DNA from: Pristiophorus japonicus
Taxonomy: Eukaryota
Length of the DNA stretch: 64,000 nt
Direction of reading: 5' to 3'
NCBI RefSeq assembly: GCF_044704955.1
Contig: NC_091996.1
Span: 97,526,001-97,590,000, forward strand
Shown here: positions 58,520 through 64,000 of the stretch, in pieces
How positions within the stretch are numbered: the first letter of the stretch is position 1
Layout: the number at the start of each line of letters is the position of its first letter
The notes under the pieces: model-generated
Seen by the model: the letters and a program-made list of their open reading frames with translations, nothing else
Told to the model about the DNA's origin: nothing
Databases searched by the model: none
Program-made: the position numbers and the translations under genes

Positions 58520-59422
58520 GTAAGATCCAGACCATTGTTCTCCCTGTACAGGCTCCAGTGTATCCGAATCGCCCAGTACAACTTTAGCCCCGTATATAAC
58601 AAGCAGACTGAGGGGTTGGTGATCTGATCGAGATCTTTTTCTCACGGGATGTTGGCATCGCTGGCAAGGCTGGAATTTATTGCCCACCTCTAGTCGGCCC
58701 GAGAAAATGGTGGTGAGCCACCTTCTTGAACCGCTGGTAGTGGCTTCGATAGAACCAGGTGGCTCGCCAGGCCACTCTCAGAGGGCAGCTCAGAGTCAAC
58801 CAGGTTGGTGTAGGACTGGAGTCACGTATAGGCCCAGACCGGGTAAGGGCGGCAGGTTTCTTTCCCCAAAGGGACATCAGTGAACCAGTGGGGTTTTTGC
58901 GACAATTCGACAGCTTCATGGTCACTTTTACTGATACATCATCCACCTTTAAAAGGGGGCAGTCGATGATGTGGCCAATAAACAGGCCACCATTAGCCAA
59001 TTGCATTCACGTCCGTTTCAAAAGTTGATGGTTACAGTGTCGTTGAGCACTCCCTTTATTTTGGGTAGAAACTGCTCTGCTTACTATAGGCTATCCTATC
59101 AGGAAAGACTGGACAGGCTGGGGTTCTTTAGAGAAGAGAAGGCTGAGTGAGGGGCGAGCTGATTGAGGCCTTTAAAATTATGAAAGGGTTCGATAGGATA
59201 GACGTAGAGAAAATGTTTCCAGTAGCGAGTGAGACTAGAACTAGGGGCCATCAATATAGGAAGGTCACTGATAAATCCAACGGGGAATTCAGGAGCAACT
59301 TCTTTACCCAGAGAGCGGTGAGACTGTGGAACTCACAACAACACCCTATATTTATATAGCACCTTTAACATAGTGAAATATCCCAAAGTGTTTCACAGGA
59401 GTGTTGTGAAATGGAAAATTTG

Positions 59423-60202
59423 AAACAGAGAGACAGACTATTATCTGAATGGTGACAGATTAGGAAAAGGGGAGGTGCAACGAGACCTGGGTGTCATGGT
59501 ACATCAGTCATTGAAGGTTGGCATGCAGGTACAGCAGGCGGTGAAGAAAGAAAATGGCATGTTGGCCTTCATAGCGAGGGGATTTGAGTACAGGGGCAGG
59601 GAGGTGTTACTACAGTTGTACAGGGCCTTGGTGAGGCCACACCTGGAGTATTGTGTACAGTTTTGGTCTCCTAACTTGAGGAAGGACATTCTTGCTATTG
59701 AGGGAGTGCAGCGAAGGTTCACCAGACTGATTCCCGGGATGGCGGGACTGACATATCAAGAAAGACTGGATCAACTGGGCTTGTATTCACTGGAGTTCAG
59801 AAGAATGAGAGGGAACCTCATAGAAACGTTTAAAATTCTGACGGGTTTAGACAGGTTAGATGCAGGAAGAATGTTCCCAATGTTGGGGAAGTCCAGAACC
59901 AGGGGTCACAGTCTAAGGATAAGGGGTAAGCCATTTAGGACCGAGATGAGGAGAAACTTCTTCACCCAGAGAGTGGTGAACCTGTGGAATTCTCTACCAC
60001 AGAAAGTTGTTGAGGCCAATTCACTAAATATATTCAAAAAGGAGTTAGATGAAGTCCTTACTACTGGGGGGAATCAAGGGGTATGGCGAGAAAGCAGGAA
60101 TGGGGTACTGAAGTTGCATGTTCAGCCATGAACTCATTGAATGGCGGTGCAGGCTAGAAGGGCCGAATGGCCTACTCCTGCACCTATTTTCTATGTTTCT
60201 AT
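59423..60202 (+). mobile_element. CR1 3' fragment (young subfamily) nested in an L2 fragment within a TAF6 intron
   Basis: Nearly identical to the 3' end of 14815-18587; tail tttctatgtttctat. Confidence 0.9.
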
Positions 60203-60499
60203 AAGTATAAATTAGCGCAGGTGACCAAAAGCTTGTTCAGAGTTGGGTTTTAAGGAGCGTCGTGAAGGAGGAGAGAGAGGCGGAGAGGTTTAGGGAGGGA
60301 GTTCCAGAGCTTGGGGCCCAGGCAACAGAAGGCACGGCCACCGATGGTGGAGCGATTATAATCAGGGATGGTCAGGAGGGCAGAATTAGAGGAGCGCAGA
60401 GATCTCGGGGGGTTGTGGGGCTGGAGGGGATTACAGAGATAGGGAGGGGCGAGGGCCATGGAGGGATTTGAAAATAAGGATGAGAATTTTGAACTCGAG

Positions 60500-61650
60500 G
60501 GGTTTCACCTCTATTAAATCTCCCCGTGACTTTCTCTGCTCTAGGGAGAACAATTTAAGAACAAAGTACAATGAAAATATAATAGCTCCCAATATAACGC
60601 TGTACATAACTCGATAGAAAGACCAACCAAATCACACTTACCAAAACCCCTCGTAATTTTGAACACTTTAGTCGAGGTGATGCTCGCAAAGGATGGTAGA
60701 AGTTTGGAACTCTCTCCGCAAACGGCAATTGGTGCTGGGTCAATTGTTGACTCTATCAATCTCAGATTTAAAATGTTGTTAACCAGAGGTATTGAGGGAT
60801 ATGGGGCAAAGGCGGGTGATGGAGTTAGGTCACAGATCAGCCCTGATCTCATTGAATGGCGGAACAGGTTGAATGGCGTTGTCCTGTTCCTATATTCCTC
60901 GGAAGATTGAAGAGCGAGAATACATTCTGAGTGCTGCACTTTTAAAGGGGGTGCAAGAAGCGACACCCTGGGGGTGTTTGTGAACAAATCTTTGCAGGTG
61001 GCAGGTCAGGTTAACAAAGCAGTTAATAAAGCGTACGAGATCCTGAGCTTTATAAATAGAGGCACAGAGTACAAAAGTTATGCTAAACCCAGGTAAATCA
61101 CCGGTTTGGCCCCAGCTGGAGTATTGTGTCCAATTCTGGGCCCCGCACTTTAGGAAGGATGTGAAGGCCTCAGAAAAGATTGACGAGAATGGTTCCAGGG
61201 ATGAGGGACTTCAGTTACGGGGATAGACTGGAGAAGCTGGGGTTGTTCTCCTCGGAGCAGGGAAGGTTGCGAGGAGATTTGATCGAGGTGCTCAAAATCA
61301 TGAGGGGTCTGGACAGAGGAGATCGAGAGAAACTGTTCCCATTGGTGGAAGGGTCGGGAACCAGAGGGACACAGATTTAAGGCGATTGGCAGAAGAACCA
61401 AAGGCGACACGAGGGAAAACGTTTTTACGCAGCGAGTGGTTAGGATCTGGAATGCACGGCCTGAGAGGGTGATGGAGGCAGACTCAATCGTGGCTTTCAA
61501 AAGGGAGTTGGATAAATACCTGAAGGAGGAAAAAAAGGCAGGGATATGGGCAAAGAGCGGGAGGGGATTGGACTGACAGGATTGTTCTTCGAAAGAGCCG
61601 GTGCAGACATCGATGGACCGAATGGCCTCCCGTGCTGCACTGTTTTGTCA
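60500..61650. mobile_element. Older CR1 fragments
   Basis: RLEKLGLFS..RGDLIEV motif and 3' hairpins. Confidence 0.75.
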
Positions 61651-61857
61651 TCCCTTTTTCACTGTGGCCTCCCTCCCTCCAAAATGGCTGTTAAGACGCT
61701 CGAGGAAAAATAGCAGTAAAACGCTTTGAAAGTATACCGTTGTGTTAGGAATTCGGCAACGGTAAGGAGCAGATTGGGAGGCTCACTGGCCCCTCCCAGT
61801 CCCTACGATTGACTGATGTTTAGGGCAGCGGGTGACCGGGATCTTTCTGTGCCTTAG

Positions 61858-62037
<180 letters not shown>

Positions 62038-62264
62038 TGATACAACAACAACAACAACTTGTATTTATACAGTGCCTTACCAGACGAAAAAATCTGACAC
62101 CAAGTTGCATAAGTAGAAGTGAGCGCAGGTGACCGAAAGCTGGGTCAAAGAGGTCGGTTTTAAGGAGCATCTTGAAGGAGGATAGAGAGGTTTAGGGAGG
62201 GAGTTCCACAGCTTGGGGCCCAGTGGGGTCTGGGTGGAAGGCAAGACTGATTTAAGAGACAAAA

Positions 62265-64000
62265 GGAATCTTGGCCTTTATTGCAAAGGGGGATGGAGTA
62301 TAAAAGCAGGGACGTCTTGCTACAGTTATACAGGGCATTGGTGAGGCCACACCTGGAGTACTGTGTGCAGTTTTGGTTTCCATATTTACGAAAGGATATA
62401 CTTGCTTTGGAGGCAGTTCAGAGAAGGTTCACTCGATTGATTCCGGGGATGAGGGGGTTGACTTATGAGGAAAGGTTGAGTAGTTTTGGGCCTCTACTCT
62501 TTCGAATTCAGAAGAATGGGAGGTGATCTTATCGAAACATATAAGATTATGAGGGGGCTTGACAAGGTGGATGCAGAGAGGATGTTTCCACTGATGGGGG
62601 AGACTAGAACTAGAGGGCATAATCTTAGAATAAGGGGCCGCCCATTTAAAACTGAGATGAGGAGAAATTTCTTCTGAGGTTGTAAATCTGTGGAATTCGC
62701 TGCCTCAGAGAGCTGTGGAAGCTGGGACATTGAATATATTTAAGACAGAAATAGACAGTTTCTTAACCGATAAGGGGATAAGGGGTTATGGGGAGCGGGC
62801 AGGGAACATAAGAACATAAGAATTAGGAACAGGATTAGGCCATCTAGCCCCTCGAGCCTGCTCCGCCATTCAATAAGATCATGGCTGATCTGGCCGTGGA
62901 CTCAGCTCCACTTACCCGCCCGCTCCCCATAACCCTTAATTCCCTTATTGGTTAAAAATCTATCTATCTGTGATTTGAGTACATTCAATGAGCTAGCCTC
63001 AACTGCTTCCTTGGGCAGAGAATTCCACAGATTCACAACCCTCTGGGAGAAGAAATTCCTTCTCAAATCGGTTTTAAATTGGCTCCCCCGTATTTTGAGG
63101 CTGTGCCCCCTAGTTCTAGTCTCCCTGACCAGTGGAAACAAACTCTCTGCCTCTATCTTGTCTATCCCTTTCATTATTTTAAATGTTTCTATAAGATCAC
63201 CCCTCATCCTTCTGAACTCCAAGGAGTAAAGACCCAGTCTACTCAATCTATCATCATAAGGTAACCCCCTCATCTCCGGAATCAGCCTAGTGAATCGTCT
63301 TTGCACCCCCTCCAAAGCTAGTATATCCTTCCTTAAGTAAGGTGACCAAAACTCACGCAGTACTCCAGGTGCAGCCTCACCAATACCCTATACAGTTGCA
63401 GCAGGACCTCCCTGCTTTTGTACTCCATCCCTCTCGCAATGAAAGCCAACATTCCATTCGCCTTCCTGATCACCTGCTGCACCTGAACTCAAAAGAGTTT
63501 CATACACAAGGACCCCCAGGTCCCTCTGCACCGCAGCATGTTGTAATTTCTCCCCATTCAAATAATATTCCCTTTTACTGTTTTTTTTTTTCCCAAGGTG
63601 GATGACCTCACATTTTCTGACATTGTATTCCATCTGCCAAACCTTAGCCCATTCGCTTAACCTATCTAAATCTCTTTGCAGCCTCTCTGTGTCCTCTACA
63701 CAACCCGCTTTCCCACTAATCTTTGTGTCATCTGCAAATTTTGTTACACTGCACTCTGTCCCCTCTTCCAGGTCATCTATGTATATTGTAAACATTTGTG
63801 GTCCCAGCACCGATCCCTGTGGCACACCACTAACCACTGATTTCCAACCGGAAAAGGACCCATTTATCCCGACTCTCTGCTTTCTGTTCGCCAGCCAATT
63901 CTCTATCCATGCTAATACATTTCCTCTGACTCCGCGTACCTCTATCTTCTGCAGTAACCTTTTGTGTGGCACCTTATCGAATGCCTTTTGGAAATCTAAA
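62265..64000. mobile_element. Two CR1 fragments tail-to-tail (+ 62265-62805; - 62806-64000)
   Basis: VRPHLEYC on +; GVPQGSVLGP, FADD and (acataaga)n tail on -. Confidence 0.88.

Overview
Eukaryotic vertebrate DNA, most likely a cartilaginous fish (shark), inferred from its CR1/L2/RTE LINE and Deu-domain SINE content; it is not prokaryotic, and most listed ORFs are repeat or LINE artefacts. Four genes can be read from splice signals. (1) A complete 5-exon L6-family (TM4SF) gene on the - strand, 41594 to 24104, 205 aa. (2) The first two coding exons of a diverged tandem TM4SF paralogue (10220-10044 and 6266-6201), continuing off the left edge. (3) MBLAC1 with an intronless CDS (-, 57242-56586). 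(4) Three internal TAF6 exons (+, 58194-61983) just right of a 200-N scaffold gap. Most of the remainder is mobile DNA: a near-intact CR1 LINE, many CR1/L2/RTE/Tx1/Vingi fragments, a Gypsy remnant, nested solo LTRs, MITEs, two tRNA-SINE families, and a Penelope-like fragment carrying a minimal hammerhead ribozyme motif. The most striking structure is a 33-bp minisatellite born inside the Deu-SINE. It is present once in some SINE copies and about 5-66 times in others, covers roughly 12% of the window, flanks a TM4SF exon in inverted orientation and lies in the likely MBLAC1 3' UTR. I cannot establish novelty without database searches. All coordinates and counts were read by eye; repeat boundaries are approximate.
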